A stretch of DNA of 64,000 bases, from sequence record NC_042018.1; one strand, written 5' to 3'. Below the pieces are notes generated by a model. That model saw only the letters and a list, made by a program, of their open reading frames with translations, did not search any database and was not told where the DNA came from. Position numbers and translations under genes: made by a program. This document shows positions 17,700 to 27,941 of the stretch, piece by piece (position 1 is the first letter of the stretch; every line of letters begins with the position of its first letter).

Positions 17700-19748
17700 T
17701 TATTTAAATAATGTTAATACGCTATTAGACGAGCTCAGCGCCACGCAGGGAGCTTCTTCACTGATGTCGAGGATTTCATTGCCTGAAACATCACCCAGCG
17801 AGATATGGCCTTCCTGCTTGCTTAAAAGCTGGTTAACCTGCTCACGGCTCCATTCCAGAATATCAATCGACCGGGACGTAATGTTCGGGTCCCTGCCGGT
17901 ATCCAAATCCACCATCCAGAAGAAACAATTAGAGTCTTGACCTTGACGCCAGGTACGGGCTACCGCCTGTGTCAGTTCGTAATCACGGAACGGGGCATTC
18001 ATGAAGATGGTTTGGTTTGCCATCAACATCGGGTAGCCTTCTTTCAGTGAATCAAACGACGCAATACAGACTTCAATGCTGGGGTCTTCCTCGAACTGCT
18101 TAATCAAAGTGTCACGGTTCTTGTTGTTCTCCCCGTGAATGGTTACTGACTTAATGCCCTGGGTTTCCAGATACCGTTCGGTTTCTTTTACCACGTCAAC
18201 GTAACTGGTGAAGATAATGGTCTTCTTCTCCACGTTACGAATCAGCTCGGGCAATCCAGCATGAGCAATGGTATCCCGAATGGCGTTCATACGGGCTTTA
18301 CCCAAGACGTTGCCTAAGGCTTCCCCCTGGAGTTTCAGGTTAAGGTATTTCACTGCCGACTTAATGCTGCGGAAGTCATGCAGGTCTTTGCCCTTAAGCT
18401 GTGCTTCAACCTTCTCTTCTACCCGCTTACAGAATTTGTTGTCTTCAACATCTTCTTTGTTCCAGGTAGTGAACCCTTCCCGACGGAACCGGTTAACAAT
18501 CTGACGGTACTCTTTGAGTTCATTCTCAGCCCGCTCATTTCCTTTGATGATGCTGTGGTAGTTCTCCAAGGTTTCCTGGAAGAACGCAATGTACTCAGGC
18601 ATCATATTGTTGTAGAACCGTACCCGGTCAATGATGTACAACTGCATCTCATGACGAATGGCGTTCAGAGTATAACGATCCGACCCTGGGAACGAAACCT
18701 TAATCGGTTCTACCGGTGGTGCTTCGGCCATGTTGTTCAATGACGAGATGGTGAACTTCGACCGACCAATACGGTGGTTGAGCAGCTCGTTAAGTTTATC
18801 TCGACTCCGTCCATAGGCTTCGAGGAACTTATCACGTACACGTCCTTTGAAGTATGGGTCAATCAAACAGAACACCGTGTAGGCTTCACGACCCAGTGCT
18901 TTCAACGGCGTACCGGACATGGGCAATGCATGCGCAAAGATATCTTCATCGTGCATCTCAATCAGGCGTTGGGTACGACCGGTTTTGAATTCGTTGAAGT
19001 TATGGCACTCGTCCACAATCAGCTTGAGCTTACCACGGCATTTACGCTGTACGGCTTTCAGCTGTTTGATTACGCTGTTGTAGTTATTCCCAAACGCGTA
19101 GTCATAGTGAATGATGTAGAAGTCCGCATCATCCGGCATCGGTTCACCACTGATTGACGTCCAGTACTTGGGTGTTTCCTTAAACACCTGGTGCATGTGC
19201 TTAACCCACACCGAGTCCACAATACTTAACGGACAGAGTACCACGGTGGGGTTCTTATCAATACAGCGACTCCAGATTAAGCTCAAGAAGGTTTTCCCTG
19301 ACCCTGCCTTGGCATCCAACAGCAAACCGGTTAAATGGTAGCTCTGGGTAATCACCGGGTACTGGGTCAGGAATAAACGCTGAGGGTCGTAGGGTTTAAA
19401 CGTAAACTCCTGTTCAACCTTCTTGATATCAAACGGTTTACCGTGCGGGTTAAAGGTTCCCTCTAACCAGGTTTCCGTTTCAATCTTTTCTTTTAGTTGC
19501 GATAACCGTTTGCGGTTACTGCGAATATTTCTTAACTGGAGTAGCTTACTTATGCAGAAATGTAATTCTACTAAGAAGAAAGTGTTGGTACGAATCGTAT
19601 CCCACTTCTCTCTCACGAACATGTAGTTACCGATTGTCGACGTTCCATACAGCTTCTGTAGGTCTTTCTCGAAACTGTGGAATGACAAGCCGGTAATATG
19701 TACGCTTTGTCCTTCTATCGCAATATTCGGCTCAAGTGAAAAGTACAT
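17700..19748 (-). CDS. SF2 (SNF2/DEAD-like) helicase
   Basis: Walker A AKAGSGKT, DECH box, motif III SGTP and C-terminal motif VI QAVARTWRQGQ. Probable start is ATG 19748 (MYFSLEP); the ORF track extends to 19811. Confidence 0.9.
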   Translation of the reverse strand: MYFSLEPNIAIEGQSVHITGLSFHSFEKDLQKLYGTSTIGNYMFVREKWDTIRTNTFFLVELHFCISKLLQLRNIRSNRKRLSQLKEKIETETWLEGTFNPHGKPFDIKKVEQEFTFKPYDPQRLFLTQYPVITQSYHLTGLLLDAKAGSGKTFLSLIWSRCIDKNPTVVLCPLSIVDSVWVKHMHQVFKETPKYWTSISGEPMPDDADFYIIHYDYAFGNNYNSVIKQLKAVQRKCRGKLKLIVDECHNFNEFKTGRTQRLIEMHDEDIFAHALPMSGTPLKALGREAYTVFCLIDPYFKGRVRDKFLEAYGRSRDKLNELLNHRIGRSKFTISSLNNMAEAPPVEPIKVSFPGSDRYTLNAIRHEMQLYIIDRVRFYNNMMPEYIAFFQETLENYHSIIKGNERAENELKEYRQIVNRFRREGFTTWNKEDVEDNKFCKRVEEKVEAQLKGKDLHDFRSIKSAVKYLNLKLQGEALGNVLGKARMNAIRDTIAHAGLPELIRNVEKKTIIFTSYVDVVKETERYLETQGIKSVTIHGENNKNRDTLIKQFEEDPSIEVCIASFDSLKEGYPMLMANQTIFMNAPFRDYELTQAVARTWRQGQDSNCFFWMVDLDTGRDPNITSRSIDILEWSREQVNQLLSKQEGHISLGDVSGNEILDISEEAPCVALSSSNSVLTLFK

Positions 19749-19776
19749 AAGAGTCCCTTTGAAAACGGAGTAATAA

Positions 19777-20979
19777 ATGTCTGTTGCTAATTTCTTAATC
19801 AACAATCCCACCGAACTGGCATTGCTGAAAAAATTCTTTGCACGCCGCTGGCCTAATAAAGGGGAGCCGGTAAAGGTCTATGTTTATCCGAGCTTTAAAC
19901 GCCCGGTAGACATGAAGGTTGTCCGTTATGTGCTGGCTGACGACACTGCTATCTCATACAATCTTCCGGCGGGTCTGTATGAAATCTTCAAGAACAAAAT
20001 CCGCGAAGAGCGCTGGGATTGGATGATTCGTCCGAACGGTATCAAAGAGCTGCAGAACTTCACCGTGGGTCGCGAAGAGCGTTATCAGTCTTTCCACAAC
20101 CCTAACCTCATCAACCACTATCTGATGAACGTTAACCTGGCACCGTATACACTGCCGGAAGCGGCGTTCATTGCAGAGTCTAAATTAGCGGCGGCGTTTG
20201 AGGGGCTGAACAGCGGTGACATTCATCACATCGATCTGCGCTTTAAGAAAGTGGCGAACATCACCACCGACGTCATCCGTCAAATTCGTGCTAACCTGGC
20301 GCTGATCAGCAACGACCTGAACACGGTCAAAGACCACGACCTGTACTTTGGTTTCTTTATTAACAAAGACACCTTTGAGCTGGCCCCGTCCCTGAGCCGT
20401 ATCGAACCGATGCTGCCGGAAGGTGGTACGTTCGTTCTGGAACAGCAACCGCTGAATCCTGCAGACTTTGCTTACCTCGGCGCGCTGGGTCAAACCGGTA
20501 TCAGCACCATCATCAATGCGGTAGACCGTCTGAACCAGGCCATTAAAGGTTTCCTGGTTGAAGCCGATCGTCACCCCATGCTGCTGAAGCATGCGGAAGA
20601 CCTCATCACTCAAACCTTCGTGATGCTGACGCAGGCAGGTCATATGGTCTACACCTTTACCTATGAAGGCGGTAAAGAGAAGATCGATAACCTGGCCAAC
20701 GATATCCTGGGGCGTCTTGCTGAGCTGCCGGGTGTGGTCGGTCTGGACATCAACAGCTGGCGTGTGTGGGATTACACTAACATCAACGAACCGGTACGTT
20801 TAACCGAGCCGGATTTCGAAGGTGAAATCTTTAACCGTTATACCGACAGCTTCGTCACTGCGCTGTACAACTACCTCATCACGCTGCAGACGCCGCTCCT
20901 GCGTCCGTACTCTCGTCGTGAAGCGGTAGCCCCAGAGAAAGTTGGCGAGCACGCCGTAGGCAGTATCCGCATGGGCTAA
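19777..20979 (+). CDS. Conserved hypothetical protein, possibly structural
   Basis: 400-aa ORF with a GGAG RBS and strongly biased high-expression codons. Confidence 0.6.
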   Translation: MSVANFLINNPTELALLKKFFARRWPNKGEPVKVYVYPSFKRPVDMKVVRYVLADDTAISYNLPAGLYEIFKNKIREERWDWMIRPNGIKELQNFTVGREERYQSFHNPNLINHYLMNVNLAPYTLPEAAFIAESKLAAAFEGLNSGDIHHIDLRFKKVANITTDVIRQIRANLALISNDLNTVKDHDLYFGFFINKDTFELAPSLSRIEPMLPEGGTFVLEQQPLNPADFAYLGALGQTGISTIINAVDRLNQAIKGFLVEADRHPMLLKHAEDLITQTFVMLTQAGHMVYTFTYEGGKEKIDNLANDILGRLAELPGVVGLDINSWRVWDYTNINEPVRLTEPDFEGEIFNRYTDSFVTALYNYLITLQTPLLRPYSRREAVAPEKVGEHAVGSIRMG

Positions 20980-20990
20980 GCCCCTGTTAC

Positions 20991-21022
20991 TATTCCTCCT
21001 ACCCATGTGGGTAGGAGGAATA
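20991..21022. terminator. Bidirectional hairpin terminator
   Basis: TATTCCTCCTACCCA-tg-TGGGTAGGAGGAATA between convergent genes. Confidence 0.75.
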
Positions 21023-21031
21023 TACTTACTT

Positions 21032-21667
21032 TTATTTTTGCGCTGTTAAGGCGGCTTCCAGTTCCAGGATTTGCTGTTGCAATGCTGACACTGTGGTTTC
21101 CAGTTCACGTACTCGAGCCACGTTATTAGTGTTGTCTTTGATTTTGTTCTTGCGAGCATTCTCAAACACATCGGCCTGTGACTTGCTAACGTACCCGGTA
21201 GTGGGGATTACCCCCAACCGAATCTGGCTGGTAATCCCGACAGCGTTCTCCACGTAGTCCCGGATGTCATCCTGAGCTTGCGTCAATACATCTTTCAAGC
21301 CAGGATGACACGGACCCAGGTCAACAATCAGTGCCATGCGTTCATACCGCACACCGTCCACCATAGGGAACGACTTAAAGTACGAACTGACCACGTAGAC
21401 CGTTTGAGCATTGCGGCTGGTTAAAGCTACAATGACCGCATTCATCCCAATAGCTCGGTCGAGCACGGTTTGGTAATCTGCTTCGGCTAAACCAATCGGT
21501 TTGAACACCAACTCATACAGGTTCAGCTTCATGGCCTGCATTTCAGGAATGGTGCGCACAGCTTCCACGGTGTAATACTTCGTGGGGTCTACCACTTTGT
21601 CAAACGGGTTGATGGCTTCAAAGCTACCCGCTGAGTAAATGGCAGGAATCAGGTTTTGTTCGCTCAC
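21032..21667 (-). CDS. Conserved jumbo-phage hypothetical/virion protein with a C-terminal coiled coil
   Basis: 211-aa ORF with a heptad-like tail VRELETTVSALQQQILELEAAL; follows 21674-23011 in an operon. Confidence 0.6.
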   Translation of the reverse strand: MSEQNLIPAIYSAGSFEAINPFDKVVDPTKYYTVEAVRTIPEMQAMKLNLYELVFKPIGLAEADYQTVLDRAIGMNAVIVALTSRNAQTVYVVSSYFKSFPMVDGVRYERMALIVDLGPCHPGLKDVLTQAQDDIRDYVENAVGITSQIRLGVIPTTGYVSKSQADVFENARKNKIKDNTNNVARVRELETTVSALQQQILELEAALTAQK

Positions 21668-21673
21668 CGTTTA

Positions 21674-23011
21674 TTACTCCTTGATGCGACCGTCTTGCAG
21701 CATCTGCCAACGGGTCATAACCACGAAGCGCACTTTACCTACACGGCGTGATACCCACAGCTTGTTAAAGCGGGTCACACGAGTAATGCCTGCCGGGGTT
21801 AAGTTGTTCGGGGTGGTGGTTTCCGCTGCAGAAATCAGGTTTTCCATTTCCTTGATGAAGGTCATGGTGGCACCTGACATGATGTCAAAGTCCGGGTCGT
21901 CTGACGGAATCAGCTGATAATCCGGGTAGAGCTGCGACAGTTTGGTGTTCTCTGGGCGGTTGTTCAGCTTGCCTACGAAGGCACACTGGAACGACTTGTA
22001 GAGGAACGCCACTGATTGCAGGGATTTTATGACATGATCTGCAGACATATTGGGGGTCAGATAAAAATCCACATGATCACGGACAGTTTCGTAATCTACA
22101 ATTGGAGACAGTGTGGATGTACCGTTCACCTTATTCTTCACGCCCAGACGGTCGTAATAAGGAATGACGTAGAACTCCGTGGGGTTAAAGAGATCAGGAA
22201 TCTTCTCTTCCCACTCTTCCCGAGTATATTGACTATTCTCGAGAATCTCGTCTTGAATCTGCTGGTACAACTGATCGTCAGCGTCATCGCCGTTCCCGTT
22301 TACCAATGTCCGCCACCACCCCGTGTTGTAGTTAGGGGTGTTGATCAGGTCAACGATAGAAAACCCGTCCACTCGACGATAACTCGCAGGATGCTGCTCG
22401 TTGTTGGTCAGTTTGTCAATGCGGTCTTCCACGACGTTTGGAGTTTCTTTTTCCAGACGCTCAGCAATCTGCCGATAGTTCATGGTCATCAGCGTATCCA
22501 TTTCCTCAATGGGAAGCGGGTGACACACCGTGAAACTAACGCGCGGGTATTGCTTCAGGAAATACTCGTTGGCGAACCACAGATAAAAACTTTGATCTTC
22601 ACCATTCACTTTATGATTCCCGCGAATAAAACTGGGGAAGAAGATGGTGCTGTTTGTCACCATGTCCCCGACTTCGAGGATTTCGATGTTGTTGGTGAAC
22701 TGCTGTTTAAGTTGATTTAAACAGTTAACACTGCTGGCGGTTAAATTACCCTTGTTGGCTTGATCGTAGAGCCAGTTCGCAATGGTGATTTGTTTCTCCG
22801 CCAAGTCTTGTGGCATGACAATTGGGGAATTGTCTTTTTCAGCCAAGAAGTTGTACAAAATGGTTTCGCTACTTCCCGTAATTGAAAACACCCCAGGGTC
22901 TTTTGTATACGTCCGGGCTTTGGTGGAAAGCTCTCCCATCGGAGAGGTCACAAGATTGCTATTGTTGTGGAGCTTTGCGATACTCCCGAAAGATAAATAA
23001 GAGGTGCTCAT
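21674..23011 (-). CDS. Putative virion structural protein (phiKZ-like core)
   Basis: 445-aa ORF. The function is inferred from gene context only. Confidence 0.55.
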   Translation of the reverse strand: MSTSYLSFGSIAKLHNNSNLVTSPMGELSTKARTYTKDPGVFSITGSSETILYNFLAEKDNSPIVMPQDLAEKQITIANWLYDQANKGNLTASSVNCLNQLKQQFTNNIEILEVGDMVTNSTIFFPSFIRGNHKVNGEDQSFYLWFANEYFLKQYPRVSFTVCHPLPIEEMDTLMTMNYRQIAERLEKETPNVVEDRIDKLTNNEQHPASYRRVDGFSIVDLINTPNYNTGWWRTLVNGNGDDADDQLYQQIQDEILENSQYTREEWEEKIPDLFNPTEFYVIPYYDRLGVKNKVNGTSTLSPIVDYETVRDHVDFYLTPNMSADHVIKSLQSVAFLYKSFQCAFVGKLNNRPENTKLSQLYPDYQLIPSDDPDFDIMSGATMTFIKEMENLISAAETTTPNNLTPAGITRVTRFNKLWVSRRVGKVRFVVMTRWQMLQDGRIKE

Positions 23012-23038
23012 GGCATTTTCCCTTTAAGGACGTAGAAT

Positions 23039-23530
23039 ATGTTTAAAATCATCGAGGAGTTGATGAATAGGTTCATAGAATTTATTTTGCAGTACGTCAA
23101 AGGCGAATCTGCAGAAGAGCGACTCACGTCGGCACTACGAACCTCTATTTATACAACGACCGCTTTATTTTGGTTGCTTGTTAGTTTGCTGGTAAGCAGT
23201 GTACTAATGAAAATAGAAATCGCGAACCTGCAAGCGGGGATTCAGCGAATTAATGTCCTTTTTGATTCATCTGCGCAGAACAGCCCATTTTCTGAATTCA
23301 TCAAGCTTAATAATTCACTGGTTCAACGCCTTGAACTTTCCACACAAGAGAAAGAATTCTTGATTCGTGAGAACGTAAAATTAACCAACATTAACGAAGG
23401 ATTGCACACAGACGTACAGCATTATCAAGACGAAAATAAAACACTCACCATAGAGCTTGGGATTTGCCGGGAGGGAGACCGACTCGACCCTGCCGAACAT
23501 CGCTATTCCAAACGCTCTAAAAATCACTGA
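23039..23530 (+). CDS. Single-pass membrane protein with a coiled-coil C-domain
   Basis: Hydrophobic TALFWLLVSLLVSSVLM after an amphipathic N-terminus; the C-terminal part has heptad repeats. Confidence 0.6.
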   Translation: MFKIIEELMNRFIEFILQYVKGESAEERLTSALRTSIYTTTALFWLLVSLLVSSVLMKIEIANLQAGIQRINVLFDSSAQNSPFSEFIKLNNSLVQRLELSTQEKEFLIRENVKLTNINEGLHTDVQHYQDENKTLTIELGICREGDRLDPAEHRYSKRSKNH

Positions 23531-23537
23531 GTAAAAA

Positions 23538-23567
23538 AATACCCTATTGTCTATTCAATAGGGTATT
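23538..23567 (+). terminator. Hairpin
   Basis: AATACCCTATTG-tctatt-CAATAGGGTATT. Confidence 0.55.
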
Positions 23568-23589
23568 ACCATAATAAAGGATCTGTTAA

Positions 23590-25098
23590 ATGAAAAATGA
23601 CGCTGTCGCACAACCGACGCTCAACATGGTAATCTATCTGACACTTAAAGAATGCCAGATCAAGAAAAACACCCTTTACCCACTGGGTGGCCATGGTTAT
23701 ACGTACGACGTTGCGGTAGAGGGAAAGCGTAAGCTGCAGAAAGATGCACCGACCACTGCGGGGTATTACACGGGGAATCCGCAACGCCCTGGTAATATAG
23801 TGGACATCGCCGACATTGTGAGTTTAACGGTTCCCAACTCAGCCGGTAAATCGGAAGCATTGCTGAAAGCGATGATTGAGTTGTTGACGTATTTCGGAGC
23901 ACATCCTGAATACAAGAACCTGTGTGTGGTTACCCTTCACAAGGAAATTGCACAGCTGACAACGTATCGTGACAAAGTAAAAGACGCAGGGTACAAGGTC
24001 GGTCGACTTGAACTGACTCCTGAAGAAATTACGTTGTTCGAGCAATATTCTGCTTTATTGAAAGAGTGGGAAGCAAACGACCACAAAATCATTTTCGATT
24101 TGGACGCATCGGTTGAAGGCGGGCGTGGTAATAAAGCAGCAGACCAGCAACAGGGGTTAGCTGAAGTTATCACGGTATGGAGCACGGAAAACCATCCTAC
24201 CCTTAACTTAACCGGTCGTAAAGAATACGAAAACCCGGAAAGTGATTTCAACAAACTTGTGAGCGCGACCCGCTGGTATTTCACCACCGGCGAAGACACC
24301 GATTTCTACGAGCCCTACGGTGACTATCGTGCTTACAACTTTGGTAAGGTTGAACCGGATAAAAAGTATTACGGTAAACTGACCCCTGACGTTACCTACA
24401 GTAAGCTTTACACCAAGACCCCCATCCAGTTGTTGGATAAACTCTTTGAGTTCACGAATAAAACCGTGAGTAACCCAGATGGCTTAATGTCAGCCGGGAA
24501 CTTAACCAACATCAAGAGCAAGGACCTGGTGCGTCTGATTGACACCTACCCTGCGGTTAAGGATAAGGACAACCTTATCATGCCGTACACGGTGGGTGGT
24601 CAGGAAGAGCCGCTGTTGGTTGAGTTGATTAACCCGCCGATGCTGTCGTACCGGATTAAAGAATCCTTCTACAACATCGATGTGATTTTCAATGCCTTCC
24701 GCAATCGGGATAGCAACAACGAGTTTAAGAACTCGAAGTTCTATGACATCACCGATGAGATTTATGCGCAGGAAGTCAACAAGAAGGGCGACACGAAGTT
24801 AAAGATCGCTCCGACGTTTGGCATGAACACAGCGGTTATCAAAGTCAAAGTCAATCACCGGAATGCAGTAAAACCGGTTCAGTTGATTCTCGGTGTCGGG
24901 TATGACTTGCCAGAACGTAATGCGTTCAACGCGGTCACAGACCCGAATGTAAAAGTGTGGTGTGCCGTGGATGCACAAAACGAAAAAGGATTGCGCTACT
25001 GCACGATTACAGAAACCGACGACTTCATCTACATTCACACCAGTGGGATTGCAAACCTGCGGGTACTGAGTTTGGATGAGTTAGGGCGGAAAGCATAA
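23590..25098 (+). CDS. RNase H-like protein (phiKZ-type, N-terminal RNase HI fold)
   Basis: Motif order resembles RNase HI (VIYLT, SEALLKAMIELL, LCVVTL, GGRGNKAAD). The gene sits near uvsX, as recalled for phiKZ-like phages. Confidence 0.6.
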   Translation: MKNDAVAQPTLNMVIYLTLKECQIKKNTLYPLGGHGYTYDVAVEGKRKLQKDAPTTAGYYTGNPQRPGNIVDIADIVSLTVPNSAGKSEALLKAMIELLTYFGAHPEYKNLCVVTLHKEIAQLTTYRDKVKDAGYKVGRLELTPEEITLFEQYSALLKEWEANDHKIIFDLDASVEGGRGNKAADQQQGLAEVITVWSTENHPTLNLTGRKEYENPESDFNKLVSATRWYFTTGEDTDFYEPYGDYRAYNFGKVEPDKKYYGKLTPDVTYSKLYTKTPIQLLDKLFEFTNKTVSNPDGLMSAGNLTNIKSKDLVRLIDTYPAVKDKDNLIMPYTVGGQEEPLLVELINPPMLSYRIKESFYNIDVIFNAFRNRDSNNEFKNSKFYDITDEIYAQEVNKKGDTKLKIAPTFGMNTAVIKVKVNHRNAVKPVQLILGVGYDLPERNAFNAVTDPNVKVWCAVDAQNEKGLRYCTITETDDFIYIHTSGIANLRVLSLDELGRKA

Positions 25099-25104
25099 TA
25101 CTAG

Positions 25105-25130
25105 GGTTAGGAGGTGTCACCCTCCTAACC
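25105..25130. terminator. Bidirectional hairpin terminator
   Basis: GGTTAGGAGG-tgtcac-CCTCCTAACC between convergent genes. Confidence 0.7.
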
Positions 25131-25150
25131 TTGTTATGCCGCTATGCCGC

Positions 25151-25951
25151 TTATTTCATTTTTCGGAACTCTTCCAACTGACGCTGGAAAACGGCAGTCA
25201 GTTCGTTCAGCAGACCGGTCACTACACCTGCCACGTTAACCAGGCCGACGTAGTTATTGATAATCAGCTGGATGTCCACCAACGCTTCTTTAGACAGCAG
25301 AATGTCGTTAGCTTCAATCTTGGTGACCAGCAGAGACCCGATGTCGTAAACCGCCGTGATGTCACGGGTCAGGATTTCGATGTCGCGTGCCTTGATGGCT
25401 TTGATGGCCTGATTATATTGGTTCATCAACATAAACGCATCGTTGAACTGCAGGTACACCTGGTCCAGCGGGAACTTCGCTTTGTTGTTGCTGTCGAGTT
25501 CTTTAATGAAGACCTCGGTTTGCTCCAGGCACTGATCAAAGTCGCTTACGGACCAGCTAAAGGATTTGTCCATGCGGCCTTTCTTAACGATGCTTTTCAT
25601 CCAATCATATAACCGAGTCGTTTCCGTTTTCAGGTTATTGAGGATAAAGATACCGTTAATCAGGTGACGGGTGTAGGTTTCCATTTCACCCATGGCACCT
25701 GAGAAGTATTCAGGTACAGTGATCTCTTGACCGGCATTGCGAACGAACAGGACGTCTTTGTCAACGAGGTAACGCTGCGTGGAGCGATAGTCGACTTCAT
25801 GCAGACTGCCTTTCAGCGCAGCCAGCTTACGGTCAACTGAGCGATTAAACTCGTTGAAGAATAAACTCATGCTCTCTCGTAAGCCAAGGCTTTCGATGCC
25901 GGAAATAGCGAGGAGCTGAGGTTGTTTAACTTCGTTAATCATATCAAACAT
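25151..25951 (-). CDS. Putative virion (head) protein
   Basis: Probable start is ATG 25951 (MFDMINEV) with a GAGG RBS. The N-terminal SGIES segment fits the S/A/G-x-E prohead-protease motif, and the gene lies between RNase H and uvsX. Confidence 0.55.
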   Translation of the reverse strand: MFDMINEVKQPQLLAISGIESLGLRESMSLFFNEFNRSVDRKLAALKGSLHEVDYRSTQRYLVDKDVLFVRNAGQEITVPEYFSGAMGEMETYTRHLINGIFILNNLKTETTRLYDWMKSIVKKGRMDKSFSWSVSDFDQCLEQTEVFIKELDSNNKAKFPLDQVYLQFNDAFMLMNQYNQAIKAIKARDIEILTRDITAVYDIGSLLVTKIEANDILLSKEALVDIQLIINNYVGLVNVAGVVTGLLNELTAVFQRQLEEFRKMK

Positions 25952-26059
25952 TACTGACCTCTTTATATGTATAGTTAAAAACCCCTTCTTCACCAAACCG
26001 GAAAATTGGAAGAGGGTATATCAACCGTAGTTCATAAAATCAAACGGAGCAGAGAGAAT

Positions 26060-27487
26060 ATGAGTTCTCCTTTTAGTTTTGTCGCCGGTATTAAGTCATC
26101 TAATATCGTCAATGCCTGCTTTAACTTCTCGCCGATTTTCGACATGATTAACGGTGAGTATGTATTGGGCACTGACGGGGTGACTTATCTCAACGGTGGG
26201 ATTTGCGCAAACAATGCGATTACTGGTGGTAACAACACACAGAAAACCGGTATGACCGTATTGGCAATGGCCCGCCTGCTGGTGCGTATCCCGACCTCCG
26301 TGGTTGTGTTCTTTGATATCGAGGCCACGTTCAGCGTGCTGCGTCTGGCGAAGATGGTGGACCAGGAGATTGGCGAGCAGGGTTACTTCTTCCGTCAAGT
26401 TCTCAACAAACGCTTCTTCTACTTCTCGCGTAACGACGGCCATGATGGTAGCTTTGTTCACAACTGGTTCAAAGATACTTATCAGCAGATTAAGAAAGAC
26501 ATCAAAGAGAAGAAAGATGTCTACATTACGCTGCCGTATCCGGATAACGACGGTAACGCAATGAAAGTCATTACGCCGGTGATGCCGGTTGTTGACTCCA
26601 TCTCTGAAATGCATTTCAGTAAAACCTCTGCGCACTTCCAGGAAGGCGACGTCGACGAAGGCGGTGAAAAGAAAACCCGTGACATGGTCATTGGTAACCA
26701 ACGCCGTATCGTATACGAAGACTGCGACGTGTTAGGGGGTGAAGTGGGCTTCCTGCAAATCTGGACAGCTCAGGTAACTGACATCATTAACATGACCGGT
26801 AAGCCGCTGGAAAAAGAGTCGGTGTTTATTCGTCAGGGTAAGAAGCTCAAAGGGCCAAAATCTCTGATGCGTATTCCACAGACCGGCTACGAAATCATTC
26901 GTGGTTCCGCGCTGAAATCTGGTCAGGAGTGGTTGTATCCCGACCCGTACGGGAAAGACATCTTTATCGACCGTGATGCAAAAGAGAACCCCGATTTGCT
27001 GATCTACTCCATCTCTCCATACCGTAACAAGTCTGGTGGGTCCGGCGGTAGCTTCTTCTTTATCGGTTCTCAGGCATTGGGCATTCAGGAAGGTCTGTCC
27101 ATGTATCACACCATCAAGACGGCCAACAAGTGGGGTCTGGAAGGCAGTGACATTTCGCATGCTTGTGTGCTCTACCCGGAGTGCAAGGTAGGTCGTACCA
27201 CCATCCGTAAAAAATTGCTGGACGACAAAAAGCTCTACCGTGCATTGACGATCTGTTACCAGATGTGGTTCATGCAAACATTTAACCTGGCGCTCGATGC
27301 GAAGTATCGTATGACGCCGGAAGAGCTGTTTGAGAAAATCAAAGCTCAGGGCTATGACTGGGACGACATGTTAAACACCGTCGACTACATTCATTTTAAT
27401 CCGGACATTAAGCAGCCCACCCTTTCAACAATGGAATTGTTAAAGATCGCTATCGGGGAACGTAAACCCCATTGGCATAAGCAATAA
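26060..27487 (+). CDS. uvsX: UvsX/RecA-like recombinase
   Basis: Variant P-loop GGNNTQKTG, then VVFFDIEAT and Walker B VVDSISEM. Probable start is ATG 26060. Confidence 0.75.
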   Translation: MSSPFSFVAGIKSSNIVNACFNFSPIFDMINGEYVLGTDGVTYLNGGICANNAITGGNNTQKTGMTVLAMARLLVRIPTSVVVFFDIEATFSVLRLAKMVDQEIGEQGYFFRQVLNKRFFYFSRNDGHDGSFVHNWFKDTYQQIKKDIKEKKDVYITLPYPDNDGNAMKVITPVMPVVDSISEMHFSKTSAHFQEGDVDEGGEKKTRDMVIGNQRRIVYEDCDVLGGEVGFLQIWTAQVTDIINMTGKPLEKESVFIRQGKKLKGPKSLMRIPQTGYEIIRGSALKSGQEWLYPDPYGKDIFIDRDAKENPDLLIYSISPYRNKSGGSGGSFFFIGSQALGIQEGLSMYHTIKTANKWGLEGSDISHACVLYPECKVGRTTIRKKLLDDKKLYRALTICYQMWFMQTFNLALDAKYRMTPEELFEKIKAQGYDWDDMLNTVDYIHFNPDIKQPTLSTMELLKIAIGERKPHWHKQ

Positions 27488-27551
27488 CCTTTAGGACGAG
27501 GGGGAGATATTATAAACTCCCTCCGTCTTTCTTCGCTCTCAGGTGTGAACC

Positions 27552-27926
27552 ATGGTTTTACCAACAACTCTTCCGACCTCACTTTTGGTCATCGCAGACA
27601 GCAACTTCGTTAACATTTGCCAAAACCCCGACGAGTATTTTGAAAAACTGAAATCCGTTGTGGGTAAACATGCTGAGAACGGCGTGGTGCTTTATACCGT
27701 TCCTGGCAAATACGGGATTAACAGCCTCGACAAAGAAATCGAAGCTATCCCGGTTGTGGACCGTAACAAAACTGTCTTTATGCAGACGCTGGAAAACAGT
27801 GCATCGATGTACGACGAGTTGCTGATCGTCAGCATCGCAGAAGAAGACAACTTTATCAATGGCGCGATTGAAGTGATGACCAACCTCAATAAGTCCATCA
27901 CCCACTATCGTTATAACCGCAAATAA
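27552..27926 (+). CDS. Hypothetical protein
   Basis: 124-aa ORF with an AGGTG RBS, in an operon with vRNAP beta-C. Confidence 0.6.
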   Translation: MVLPTTLPTSLLVIADSNFVNICQNPDEYFEKLKSVVGKHAENGVVLYTVPGKYGINSLDKEIEAIPVVDRNKTVFMQTLENSASMYDELLIVSIAEEDNFINGAIEVMTNLNKSITHYRYNRK

Positions 27927-27941
27927 GAGTAGGGGGTTATT

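Noticed and set aside
23039-23590. Nested o-spanin lipoprotein gene within or after the membrane protein
   Set aside because: I found no alternative-frame ORF with a signal peptide and lipobox.
25957-25985. Possible minus-strand copy of the early promoter motif (TTTTTAACTATACATATAA)
   Set aside because: Only about 8 of 12 core positions match and the spacing differs, which is too weak to call.
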